A DNA stretch of 64,000 nucleotides from an uncultured Rickettsiales bacterium (lineage in GTDB: Bacteria; Pseudomonadota; Alphaproteobacteria; Rickettsiales; SXRF01), in contig CAZYBO010000003.1 of NCBI GenBank assembly GCA_964645205.1, positions 634-64,633 on the forward strand, read 5' to 3'. Numbering within the stretch: the first letter of the stretch is position 1; every line of letters begins with the position of its first letter. This document shows positions 17,294 through 26,556 of the stretch, one piece after another. The notes beneath the pieces are model-generated. The model saw only the letters and a list, made by a program, of their open reading frames with translations. It was not told where the DNA came from and did not search any database. A program made the position numbers and the translations under genes.

Positions 17294-18943
17294 ATGAGCA
17301 CAATGGGCAGCAGCTTGATGGGTTTGGGCAAAGGCAGGCTGGTCACGTTGCTGGTCATGGCGATTGCTTCCATCGCGCTGTTCACCTGGCTGGCGTTCCG
17401 TCTTTCCGAAGCCAATATGGTGCCGCTCTATACTAATCTGGCGCTCGACGACAGTTCAAAACTGATCGCCGAACTTGAAAAAACCAGCACACCCTATCAA
17501 CTCGTCGCCAACGGCACGCAGATCATGGTGCCCGCCGATCGCGTGCTGCGTCTGCGCATGTCGATGGCGCAGCAAGGGTTGCCGTCCGGCGGTTCGGTAG
17601 TGGGTTATGAAATTTTCGACCGCGAGGAAGCATTCGGAAGCTCCAATTTCGTCATGAACATAAATATGGTGCGCGCGCTTGAAGGAGAGCTTTCGCGCAC
17701 GATCGGCTCTATCGGCAATGTGGACACCGCGCGCGTGCATCTGGTGATGTCCAAACGCGAATTGTTCACACGCGACAAAGAAAAACCCAGCGCCTCAGTC
17801 ACCGTCAAAATGCGCGGCGGCCATACGCTCGAGCGTTCCGAAGTCATGGCGATCACGCATCTCATCGCTTCCGCCGTACCCGGCCTTGAAGCCTCGAAAG
17901 TTGCGGTGGTAGATAGCCACGGTCGCCTGCTCGCGCGCGGTGACGGCAATGAAGGTCTTGATGCCGCTGCCAGCAATGTGCTGGAATATCGTGTAGCATA
18001 TGAGAACCGTACGCAGCAGGTGGTGGAAGACCTGCTGGAAAAAGTAGTTGGCCCAGGCAAAGTGCGTGCACAAGTGGCCGCCGACATCAATTTCGACCGC
18101 GTGGTAACGAACTCCGAAAAATACGATCCTGATGGACAGGTGGCACGCTCCACGCAATCGAGCAGCGAAAGCGAGAAAGCGCAAGACAAGGCAGGTAAGG
18201 ATAACGTGTCGGTAGCCAACAATCTTCCGCAGGCAGCCGCAGGCGAAGAGGGCGGCAACACCAGCAACCGCGACACCGATCAGTCGAACGAAACCGTCAA
18301 TTACGAAATTTCCAAAACCGTTCAGAACCATATTAAAGAAGGCGGCACCGTCAATAAAGTATCCGTGGCCGTGCTGGTGGACGGCAATTACACCGCCGAC
18401 GAAGAGGGCAAGGAAACCTACGCGCCGCGCAGCGAAGACGAGTTGAAGCAACTTAAGACGCTGATCGCGTCCGCCATAGGCTTCAATGAAAAGCGCGGCG
18501 ACACGATCGAAGTGGTCAATATGCGCTTCATGCAAGAAGCGGATAAAGACGAAGGAGAATCGTTCTTCCAGCGCTTCAAGATCGAAGTACAGGGCATCGT
18601 GCAGACGCTCATCATCGGCGTGGTCGCTATCCTCGCGATCCTGCTGGTATTGCGCCCTGCTATCATGCAGCTTATCCGCCAGGCGCAAACGCCGAGCGAC
18701 CGCGTATCGTCTGAGCTGGCCGCTATCGAAGGCCCGGCGGGTGCTGTGGCAGGCCGCCTCCCCGCAGCGGCGGGCGGTGCTCCGACAGCCGGCGGCGGTG
18801 GTGGCGGAGAGAATGAACTGATGATTGACGTGGCGAATATCAAAGGCGGCATGAAATCGTCGTCGATGAACAAGATCACCGAAATCGTCGATAAATATCC
18901 CGAAGAAACCATGGGCGTACTGCGCCAGTGGGTCTCGAAATAA
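17294..18943 (+). CDS. fliF: flagellar M-ring protein FliF
   Basis: AAGGAG 8 nt upstream. N-terminal TM, YscJ/FliF region, second TM and C-terminal FliG-binding tail. Followed by fliG. Confidence 0.93.
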   Translation: MSTMGSSLMGLGKGRLVTLLVMAIASIALFTWLAFRLSEANMVPLYTNLALDDSSKLIAELEKTSTPYQLVANGTQIMVPADRVLRLRMSMAQQGLPSGGSVVGYEIFDREEAFGSSNFVMNINMVRALEGELSRTIGSIGNVDTARVHLVMSKRELFTRDKEKPSASVTVKMRGGHTLERSEVMAITHLIASAVPGLEASKVAVVDSHGRLLARGDGNEGLDAAASNVLEYRVAYENRTQQVVEDLLEKVVGPGKVRAQVAADINFDRVVTNSEKYDPDGQVARSTQSSSESEKAQDKAGKDNVSVANNLPQAAAGEEGGNTSNRDTDQSNETVNYEISKTVQNHIKEGGTVNKVSVAVLVDGNYTADEEGKETYAPRSEDELKQLKTLIASAIGFNEKRGDTIEVVNMRFMQEADKDEGESFFQRFKIEVQGIVQTLIIGVVAILAILLVLRPAIMQLIRQAQTPSDRVSSELAAIEGPAGAVAGRLPAAAGGAPTAGGGGGGENELMIDVANIKGGMKSSSMNKITEIVDKYPEETMGVLRQWVSK

Positions 18944-18959
18944 CCGATAAGGCAGGACT

Positions 18960-19994
18960 ATGGCGCCCCCACCTAAAGCAGATTCAAAAGAAGATTATCG
19001 CAAGCTGAGCGGCATCCAGAAAGCCGCCATGTTCCTCATCGCCATCGGCGAAGAAACGGCGATCAAGCTGTTTTCCATGATGGAGGACGATGAAATTCGT
19101 GAAATCTCCAACATCATGTCGAGCTTAGGTCAGGTCAATTCCGACACGGTGGAACGGCTGTTCGGGGAATTCGCCGAGCAGGTATCGGCCAGCGGCGCGG
19201 TGGTGGGTAACTACGATTCCACCGAACGATTGCTGGTGAAAGCACTTGGCAAAGGCCGCGTGGACGCGATCATGGAAGAAATACGCGGCCCTGCTGGTCG
19301 TACGACGTGGGACAAGCTCGGCAACGTGTCTGAAGAAATCCTCGCCAACTTCCTCAAGAACGAATACCCGCAAACCATCGCGGTGGTGCTGTCGAAAATC
19401 AAATCCGACCATGCGGCGCGCGTACTGATGAATCTGCCGGAAGATCTGAGTATCGAGGTCATCATGCGCATGCTTTCTATGGAAGCGGTGAAGAAAGATG
19501 TGATGGACGGTATCGAAAAAACGCTGCGCATGGAATTCATGAACAACCTCGCCAAACGCCAGACGCGCGACAGTCACGAATTACTCGCGGAAATCTTCAA
19601 CAATTTCGACCGCAACGCCGAATCGAAATTCATGGGCAAGCTGGAAGAACGCAGCGCAGAGGCCGCCGAACGCGTGCGCGCCCTCATGTTCACCTTTGAA
19701 GACCTTGCCAAAATCGACAAGTCCGGCATCCAGACCCTCCTGCGTGGCGTGGACAAGGACAAACTCGGCATCGCACTCAAAGGCGCGTCGGATACGATCA
19801 AGGAAATGTTCTTCAGCAATATGTCGGAACGCGCCGCCAAAATCCTCAAGGAAGATATGGAATCCATGGGGCCTGTGCGCATCAAAGACGTCGACGAAGC
19901 CCAGATGCACGTGGTTACCATCGCCAAGGATCTCGCGGGCAAGGGCGAAATTTCCATCACCAGCGATAATGCTGAGGATCAGTTGATTTATTAG
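18960..19994 (+). CDS. fliG: flagellar motor switch protein FliG
   Basis: [39 protein letters not shown] motifs. Confidence 0.95.
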   Translation: MAPPPKADSKEDYRKLSGIQKAAMFLIAIGEETAIKLFSMMEDDEIREISNIMSSLGQVNSDTVERLFGEFAEQVSASGAVVGNYDSTERLLVKALGKGRVDAIMEEIRGPAGRTTWDKLGNVSEEILANFLKNEYPQTIAVVLSKIKSDHAARVLMNLPEDLSIEVIMRMLSMEAVKKDVMDGIEKTLRMEFMNNLAKRQTRDSHELLAEIFNNFDRNAESKFMGKLEERSAEAAERVRALMFTFEDLAKIDKSGIQTLLRGVDKDKLGIALKGASDTIKEMFFSNMSERAAKILKEDMESMGPVRIKDVDEAQMHVVTIAKDLAGKGEISITSDNAEDQLIY

Positions 19995-19998
19995 GGTT

Positions 19999-20775
19999 AT
20001 GAACACATCCGTTCGGGTTGAACCATTTACGCTACGCGAATTCGACGGCAGCATCGCCGTGCGCAAAGCCGCGGGCAACAAACCGTTCTCGAATCTCAGC
20101 AAACGCAAGGACGAAGCACCGCCACCACCACCGCCACCGCCTAGTTTCAGCGAGGAGCAACTCAAGGCCGCCGAGCGCGAGAGCTATAAAAAAGGATTCC
20201 TAGAAGGCGTGCAGGAAGGCCGCAACCAGCAACTGAACGAGCAGGGCGCAATCGAGCGGCAACTGGCGATCACGGTCGAACGTTTCGCGGCTACCGTTTC
20301 CCCCCTGCTATCGGATTACCGCGAAGTGGTGCTGCGCATGCGGCAGGATATGCCAAAAATTGCGCTGTGCGTAGCGCGCAAAGCCGCAGGCAGTTCGCTC
20401 GCCGCCAACGCGCAGGCGGTGGTGGATGAAATTTCCCAGCGCTGCGTGGAAATCATGATCGGCGAGCCGAAGCTCGTGGTCACCGTGCATGAAACCCTGA
20501 AAGACGCTCTGAAAGCCAATCTTGATGCGTTGGCGGCGCGCCTGCAATCGGCGGCGGAAATCGTGGTGGCGGGCGATGCCACGATACCCGAAGCCGATTG
20601 CCGCATTGAATGGAAACACGGCGCATTCGCGCGCGACAGTAAACAGCTCTGGGCGGCGCTCGAACAGGCTATTGACAATATGGTCGCTTCCGAGAAACAT
20701 CAGGCGGAAGCGCAACTGGCAACCGTGCAGGCGGAAATCACCGCACGCGAAACATCCACTGAACCAAAGGAGTAA
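19999..20775 (+). CDS. FliH-like flagellar assembly protein (position of Caulobacter flbE)
   Basis: Sits between fliG and fliN. SYKKGFLEGVQEG motif and a C-terminal ...ADCRIEW... segment, typical of FliH. Contains a run of eight prolines. Confidence 0.65.
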   Translation: MNTSVRVEPFTLREFDGSIAVRKAAGNKPFSNLSKRKDEAPPPPPPPPSFSEEQLKAAERESYKKGFLEGVQEGRNQQLNEQGAIERQLAITVERFAATVSPLLSDYREVVLRMRQDMPKIALCVARKAAGSSLAANAQAVVDEISQRCVEIMIGEPKLVVTVHETLKDALKANLDALAARLQSAAEIVVAGDATIPEADCRIEWKHGAFARDSKQLWAALEQAIDNMVASEKHQAEAQLATVQAEITARETSTEPKE

Positions 20776-20778
20776 CCC

Positions 20779-21084
20779 ATGGCCGATGCAGCAGCTACCG
20801 TCGAGAATAAAGGTCTATCCGAAGCCGCCAGCGCGGACAATATGAGCCTGGAAACGGTTTACGACATTCCCGTGCAGATCACGGTAGTGCTCGGAAAAAC
20901 CAGCATGCAGGTCAACCAGCTCCTCAAGCTGGGACGCGGGGCGGTCATCGAACTGGATAAAAAAGTCGGCGAACCGATCGATATTTTCGTGAACAACCGT
21001 CTGGTCGCACGCGGCGAAGTGGTGGTGGTTGAAGAACGTATCGGTGTGACGATGACGGAAATTATCAAGGCAGAGAAGCATTAA
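20779..21084 (+). CDS. fliN: flagellar motor switch protein FliN
   Basis: SpoA domain: IPVQITVVLGKTSMQVNQLLKLGRGAVIELDK...VARGEVVVV. Confidence 0.92.
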   Translation: MADAAATVENKGLSEAASADNMSLETVYDIPVQITVVLGKTSMQVNQLLKLGRGAVIELDKKVGEPIDIFVNNRLVARGEVVVVEERIGVTMTEIIKAEKH

Positions 21085-21088
21085 GGCG

Positions 21089-21103
21089 TGGCAAACGTGG
21101 CGC
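21089..21103 (+). promoter_or_regulatory. weak sigma-54-type -24/-12 candidate upstream of flbD
   Basis: TGGCAAACGTGGCGC has correct GG-N10-GC spacing, but the -12 element is GCGC rather than TTGC. Confidence 0.2.
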
Positions 21104-21177
21104 GTGATAATCGTGATAACCGTATATCAGCACGACTAACACGATCGCCACGTACCACGATCATCACGGAGTAAACC

Positions 21178-22518
21178 ATGCGACTACTGATTATAGGCGA
21201 CCTCTACGGACAAATCGGCGCGGCCAGCTCGATTGCGCGGTCACGCGGGGCAAAGGTTGCGCACGTTGCCGATATTGAAGCGGCAATGGAATCGCTGCGA
21301 GGCGGCAATGGCGCTGATCTCGTGATGATCGAAGTGCGTGAGGACATTGAGAAGCTGGTGACGCTGCTGATGCGCGAACGCTTCAATCTGCCGGTTGTTG
21401 CGTGCGGCATCAAAAATGACAAAGACCTCGCAGTGAAAGCCATTAAATCCGGCGCGAAGGAATATATTCCCCTGCCGCCCGACGCGGAGCTGATCGCCGC
21501 CGTGCTGGAGGCCATCGTCGAAGAAGCAAAATCACTGATTTATACGTCGGCCGCTATGGGCAAAACCATCGCCCTCGCCGACCAGATCGCGCCAAGCGAT
21601 GCAAGTATCCTGATCACCGGTGAATCGGGAACCGGCAAGGAAGTCATCGCGCGCTACATCCATAAGAAAAGCAAACGTTCCGGCAATACGATGGTGTCGG
21701 TCAACTGCGCTGCGATCCCCGAAAACCTGCTGGAAGCAGAGCTTTTCGGCCATGAGAAAGGCGCGTTTACAGGCGCGGTGGCACGGCGTATTGGCAAGTT
21801 TGAAGAAGCGGATGGCGGCACGATACTGCTCGATGAAATCAGCGAAATGGACATGCGCCTGCAATCGAAACTTTTACGCGTGCTGCAGGAACGCGAGGTG
21901 GATCGTATCGGCGGCAGCAAGCCGGTAAAGGTCAATATCCGCGTGCTCGCCACCTCCAATCGCAATATGCAGGACGAAGTGAAAAAAGGCACGTTCCGCG
22001 AAGACCTGTATTTCCGCCTGAACGTGATTTCGCTGCACATGCCTGCCCTGCGCGAACGCCCGGACGACATCGCACCGCTGGCCGAGCATTTCATCGAGAA
22101 ATATTCCAAGGCTAACGGCATCGATAAACGCAAGCTGTCGGCAGCAGCCCTTGCCAAGCTCACGCAGTACCGCTGGCCGGGCAATGTTCGCGAGTTAGAA
22201 AACACCATGCACCGCACGGTGCTGCTGGCCACCGGCAGTGAGATCGAGCCAGATGCCATCGGCGTGCAGGCCGCTACCGATAATGTGCTTCCCATGCAGC
22301 CTGCCGCGCCAAAACCGGTGGCTGGCGGTGGACTGGTAGGACGTACGGTCGATTCGGTGGAGCAGGAGTTGATTATCGACACGCTGAACTATTGCCTCGG
22401 CAACCGCACCCATGCGGCTAATATCCTTGGTATCTCCATCCGCACACTGCGCAATAAACTTAAAACCTACGGCGAACAGGGCGCGGCGATTCCACCGCCG
22501 CCGACCGGTACGGAGTAA
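21178..22518 (+). CDS. flbD: sigma-54-dependent flagellar transcriptional regulator FlbD
   Basis: AAA+ sigma-54 interaction domain (GESGTGKE, GHEKGAFTGA, ...DLYFRLNV), C-terminal HTH HAANILGISIRTLRNKLK, and an atypical receiver-like N-terminus. Confidence 0.9.
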   Translation: MRLLIIGDLYGQIGAASSIARSRGAKVAHVADIEAAMESLRGGNGADLVMIEVREDIEKLVTLLMRERFNLPVVACGIKNDKDLAVKAIKSGAKEYIPLPPDAELIAAVLEAIVEEAKSLIYTSAAMGKTIALADQIAPSDASILITGESGTGKEVIARYIHKKSKRSGNTMVSVNCAAIPENLLEAELFGHEKGAFTGAVARRIGKFEEADGGTILLDEISEMDMRLQSKLLRVLQEREVDRIGGSKPVKVNIRVLATSNRNMQDEVKKGTFREDLYFRLNVISLHMPALRERPDDIAPLAEHFIEKYSKANGIDKRKLSAAALAKLTQYRWPGNVRELENTMHRTVLLATGSEIEPDAIGVQAATDNVLPMQPAAPKPVAGGGLVGRTVDSVEQELIIDTLNYCLGNRTHAANILGISIRTLRNKLKTYGEQGAAIPPPPTGTE

Positions 22519-22521
22519 ATC

Positions 22522-24669
22522 ATGGCTGAGGCTCCCGCCACCGCTTCACCGATCGGCTTCAATCTTCCAACGCTGCTAATGGTGGGCAAACGGCGCGACA
22601 TTTTCTTCGCGTTGGGCATCATCACCATTCTGGTAGTGCTGATCCTGCCGCTGCCGCCGTTTTTGCTCGATTTTTTCCTCGGCATCTCGCTCACGCTTTC
22701 GGTGTTGATCCTGATGGCGGTGCTGTTTGTGGAAAAGCCGCTGCAGCTTAACTCCTTCCCTACCATCCTGCTAATCGTGACGATGCTGCGGCTATCGCTC
22801 AACATCGCCAGTACGCGACTTATCCTCTCGCACGGGCACGAAGGGCCGGGGGCGGCGGGACATGTGATCCAGGCGTTCGGCAGCTTCGTGATGGGCGGCG
22901 AAGTAGTCATCGGAGCGATTATTTTCGGGATTCTTACCATTATCAATTTTGTGGTGATCACCAAGGGCTCCGGTCGTATAGCGGAAGTTTCGGCGCGCTT
23001 CTCGCTGGATGCGATGCCGGGCAAGCAGATGGCGATTGACGCCGACATGTCCGCCGGCCTTATTACCGAGGACGTCGCACGCGCACGGCGCAAAGAACTG
23101 GAAGACGAAAGCAATTTCTACGGCGCGATGGACGGTGCGAGCAAGTTCGTACGCGGCGATGCGGTAGCTGGGCTGCTCATCACCTTCATCAATCTCGTGG
23201 GCGGCATATTGATCGGGGTGGTAAAAAACGACCTTTCCTTCAGCGACGCCATGCATACCTACACCATGCTCACCGTAGGCGACGGTCTGATCACGCAGAT
23301 CCCGGCGCTAATCGTATCCACCGCAGCCGGTATTCTCGTCACCAAATCCGGCGCAACCGGTTCAGCGGAAAAGGCGGTGCTAGAACAGCTCGGGCGTTCA
23401 CCCACGGCGCTTGGCATCACCAGCGCATTCCTCGGCGGGATGGCATTGTTGCCGGGTATTCCGGCCATTCCGTTCTTCGCGTTATCGGGGATCAGCGGCT
23501 ATCTGTGCTGGTATTTATTCAAGCATCCGGAGATATTGCAGCCGGGTGCACCCGGCATGGCTGCGGCTGGCACACCGGGCGTTAAACAGCTTGAAGGCCC
23601 CGCAGGGCAACCGGGTGTGGAAGGCAAAGCGCCGGAAGAACAGCCGGGTGATTTCCTGATGATCGATGCGCTGCGGCTGGAGCTGGGCTACGGCCTGCTG
23701 CCGCTTATCAACTACCAGAAAGGCCATCGCCTTACCGAGCAAATCAAAGCGCTGCGCAAGCAGATGGCGCGAGAGCTTGGTTTCGTCATTCCCGCAGTGC
23801 GTATTCAGGATAATATGCAGCTGCCGCCGAATACCTATGTCGTCAAGATTAAGGAAATCGAGGCCGCGCGCGGCGACATCCGCCCCGACATGCTGCTGGT
23901 GATGAATCCAAGCGGCAGCAAGGTGACACTGCCCGGCGAGGAAACCACTGAGCCGACCTTCGGCCTGCCTGCGATGTGGATCACCGAAACGTATCGCGAG
24001 GAAGCGCTGTTCCGCAACTACACGGTAGTCGATCCGCCGACGGTCATCACCACGCACATCACCGAGATCGTGAAGGACAACATGTCCGAACTGCTTTCCT
24101 ATGCCGAAACGCAGAAGCTGCTCGACGATCTTGGCAAAACGCAGCAGAAGCTGGTGTCGGAAACCATTCCCTCGCAGATTTCCGTGGGCGGCGTGCAGCG
24201 CGTGCTGCAGAACCTACTGCGCGAGCAGGTGTCGGTACGCGACCTCTCCACTATTCTCGAAGCCGTATCCGAAGCATCGCGCGGCAGTCACAATGTCGGC
24301 CATATCACCGAGCATGTTCGTACGCGACTGGCGCGCCAGATCAGCTTCGCCAATACCAATGCCGACGGCTATATTCCCATCATCGCCATGTCGCCGGGCT
24401 GGGAGCAAACCTTTATCGAAGCGCTCACCAGCAACGGCGACGAACGCATGCTCTCGCTCGCCCCCAGCCGCATTCAGGAATTTATCAGCGCGGTGCGTTC
24501 GACCTTCGACAAGTTTGCCATGCAGGGTGAATTGCCGGTATTGCTCACCAGCCCCGTGATCCGCCCGTATGTGCGTTCGATCATCGAACGCTTCCGCCCT
24601 GCGACCGTGGTATTGTCGCAGAATGAAATCTACATGAAGTCGCGGATTAAAACCTTAGGTCAGTTATGA
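22522..24669 (+). CDS. flhA: flagellar export apparatus protein FlhA
   Basis: FHIPEP family: RFSLDAMPGKQMAIDAD, GAMDGASKFVRGDA. TM N-terminal half plus a cytoplasmic C-terminal domain. Confidence 0.96.
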   Translation: MAEAPATASPIGFNLPTLLMVGKRRDIFFALGIITILVVLILPLPPFLLDFFLGISLTLSVLILMAVLFVEKPLQLNSFPTILLIVTMLRLSLNIASTRLILSHGHEGPGAAGHVIQAFGSFVMGGEVVIGAIIFGILTIINFVVITKGSGRIAEVSARFSLDAMPGKQMAIDADMSAGLITEDVARARRKELEDESNFYGAMDGASKFVRGDAVAGLLITFINLVGGILIGVVKNDLSFSDAMHTYTMLTVGDGLITQIPALIVSTAAGILVTKSGATGSAEKAVLEQLGRSPTALGITSAFLGGMALLPGIPAIPFFALSGISGYLCWYLFKHPEILQPGAPGMAAAGTPGVKQLEGPAGQPGVEGKAPEEQPGDFLMIDALRLELGYGLLPLINYQKGHRLTEQIKALRKQMARELGFVIPAVRIQDNMQLPPNTYVVKIKEIEAARGDIRPDMLLVMNPSGSKVTLPGEETTEPTFGLPAMWITETYREEALFRNYTVVDPPTVITTHITEIVKDNMSELLSYAETQKLLDDLGKTQQKLVSETIPSQISVGGVQRVLQNLLREQVSVRDLSTILEAVSEASRGSHNVGHITEHVRTRLARQISFANTNADGYIPIIAMSPGWEQTFIEALTSNGDERMLSLAPSRIQEFISAVRSTFDKFAMQGELPVLLTSPVIRPYVRSIIERFRPATVVLSQNEIYMKSRIKTLGQL

Positions 24670-25697
24670 GGCTTCGCACGTTCACCGCCGCCGATATGCC
24701 TTCCGCCATGCAGATGGTGCGCGACGAGCTGGGCGAGGATGCAATCATTCTCGCCTCGGAAAAACATAACGGCAAAAGCATCCGCGTGACAGCGGCGATC
24801 GACATGCGCGACGAAACGGCATCGCCTGCCCCCCAAACCAACGGCCACAGGCAACCCCTGCCGCGCAGCGAACCGCGTGCCGATAATCTGCGCTTTGACT
24901 TGCAGAATGTATTGCGGTTCCATAACGTGCCGGAGCTTTATATCGCGAAGATGCTTCAACGCACCACCGACGCCGACCTGTCGGCAGCGGCGGCGTTGCA
25001 CCGTGTGGGCGGAAGCCACGACGAGCAAAATCTTTATAGGCTGGCGCTGGAAAAATTGCTGGGTCGCTGCTTCGCGTTCGACCCGCTGCCGCTCGATTCG
25101 CCATCGATGCGCCTGATGCTGGTAGGCACGCCCGGTATCGGAAAAACGCTGACCATAGCAAAACTGGCCGCGCGTCTGACGATGGACGGGCAGAAGCTCG
25201 CCGTTATCACCACCGACAACAAACGCGCGGGCGGCATCGAGCAATTGCAGGCCTTTACGAATATCCTTAATATCAATTTGCGCCCCGTATCTACGCGGCA
25301 GGAGCTGACGAAGGAGCTGAACGCCCTGCCCTCCGGCATGCGCGTGCTGGTGGATACGGCGGGCTGCAACCATTACAGCGACAGCGAACTCAAAGAACTG
25401 AAATCCCTCGCCACCCTCGAAGACCTCGACCCTGCGCTGGTTATGCCCGCAGGCGGCGACAGCGCCGAAGCGATCGATATGGCGGAAGCGTTTGCCGCCT
25501 ATATGCCGCTGAAGCGCCTGCTGGTGACGCGTGCCGATACCGCACGCCGTTTCGGTGGCATCCTCGCGGTAGCGGCGGCGCAGAATCTTTCCTTCTGCCA
25601 TGTGAGCAGTTCGCCGAGTATCGTTGACACACTCCAGCCGGTCAATGCTGCGCTGCTCGCGCAATTGCTGCTTCGCTATCAACTGCAACCTTCGTAA
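24666..25697 (+). CDS. flhF: flagellar biosynthesis GTPase FlhF
   Basis: SRP-type GTPase motifs GTPGIGKT and DTAG. ATGA overlap with the flhA stop. Confidence 0.85.
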   Translation: MRLRTFTAADMPSAMQMVRDELGEDAIILASEKHNGKSIRVTAAIDMRDETASPAPQTNGHRQPLPRSEPRADNLRFDLQNVLRFHNVPELYIAKMLQRTTDADLSAAAALHRVGGSHDEQNLYRLALEKLLGRCFAFDPLPLDSPSMRLMLVGTPGIGKTLTIAKLAARLTMDGQKLAVITTDNKRAGGIEQLQAFTNILNINLRPVSTRQELTKELNALPSGMRVLVDTAGCNHYSDSELKELKSLATLEDLDPALVMPAGGDSAEAIDMAEAFAAYMPLKRLLVTRADTARRFGGILAVAAAQNLSFCHVSSSPSIVDTLQPVNAALLAQLLLRYQLQPS

Positions 25698-25711
25698 CCA
25701 ACACAGGACTT

Positions 25712-26467
25712 ATGAACGAACCTAGGAAAAATAATATTATCGCCATCGCATCCGGTAAGGGCGGCGTGGGAAAAACCTGGCTTTCGGTCACGCTGGCGCA
25801 TCTATTCGCACGCTCAGGACGTCAGGTATTGCTGTTCGATGGCGATATTGGCCTTGCCAATGTGGATGTGCAGCTTGGCCTCACCCCGCAGCGCGATCTC
25901 AACAGCGTGCTGGCAGGCAGGCACACGCTAAAGGAAGCCATCACCCCTTATCCCGAGGGTGGGTTCGACATCATCGCGGGGCGCTCCGGCTCGGCGTCGC
26001 TGGCGACCATGCCCGTGCAGAAACTGGAAGCGGTGGCCGAGGCCTTGATGGATGTGCAGAAAAACTACGATTTCATCATCATCGATTTAGGCGCAGGCAT
26101 CGAGCAGCACGTGCAATATCTCGCATCACTGGCGGCACGCTGTATCGTGGTGGCTACCGACGAACCGACCTCGCTCACCGACGCTTACGCTTTCATCAAA
26201 GTGGCGCTCACCGGCAAGAACGCGCCGGAAGTAAACGTGGTTATCAACCAAGCCTCCACACAGAAGGAAGGCGAAGGCACCTACAGCGCGCTGAACAAAG
26301 CCTGCATCAATTTCCTCAACATGTCGCCGCAACTGCTTGGCATCATCCGACGCGATAACAAGGTCAAGGACAGTATCCGCAGCCAGAAATCGTTACTCAT
26401 CAAGGCTCCCCACTCGACGGCAGCTACCGATGCGGCGGTGATTTCGATCAAGCTGATGCAAGGATAG
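25712..26467 (+). CDS. flhG: MinD/ParA-type ATPase FlhG (FleN)
   Basis: Deviant Walker A SGKGGVGKT. Lies directly downstream of flhF. Confidence 0.85.
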   Translation: MNEPRKNNIIAIASGKGGVGKTWLSVTLAHLFARSGRQVLLFDGDIGLANVDVQLGLTPQRDLNSVLAGRHTLKEAITPYPEGGFDIIAGRSGSASLATMPVQKLEAVAEALMDVQKNYDFIIIDLGAGIEQHVQYLASLAARCIVVATDEPTSLTDAYAFIKVALTGKNAPEVNVVINQASTQKEGEGTYSALNKACINFLNMSPQLLGIIRRDNKVKDSIRSQKSLLIKAPHSTAATDAAVISIKLMQG

Positions 26468-26550
26468 GTATTAGGCATCGGACATAGGGTTTTTATGAAA
26501 AAATTGCTATACTTCTCCCTAATGCCTAACACCCAATGCCTAGCCCCTAA
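26468..26550. repeat. AATGCCTA-motif cluster with an imperfect hairpin in the flhG / FliK-like intergenic region
   Basis: TTAGGCAT (26471-26478) pairs with ATGCCTAA (26522-26529), and TAGGG pairs with CCCTA. A second AATGCCTAG copy follows. Confidence 0.6.
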
Positions 26551-26556
26551 CTTTTT

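Noticed and set aside
24660-25688. 342-aa minus-strand ORF almost exactly mirroring flhF
   Set aside because: The plus-strand product carries clear SRP-GTPase motifs and is translationally coupled to flhA. The antisense product is Arg/Gly/His-rich and low-complexity, which is typical of GC-rich antisense frames.
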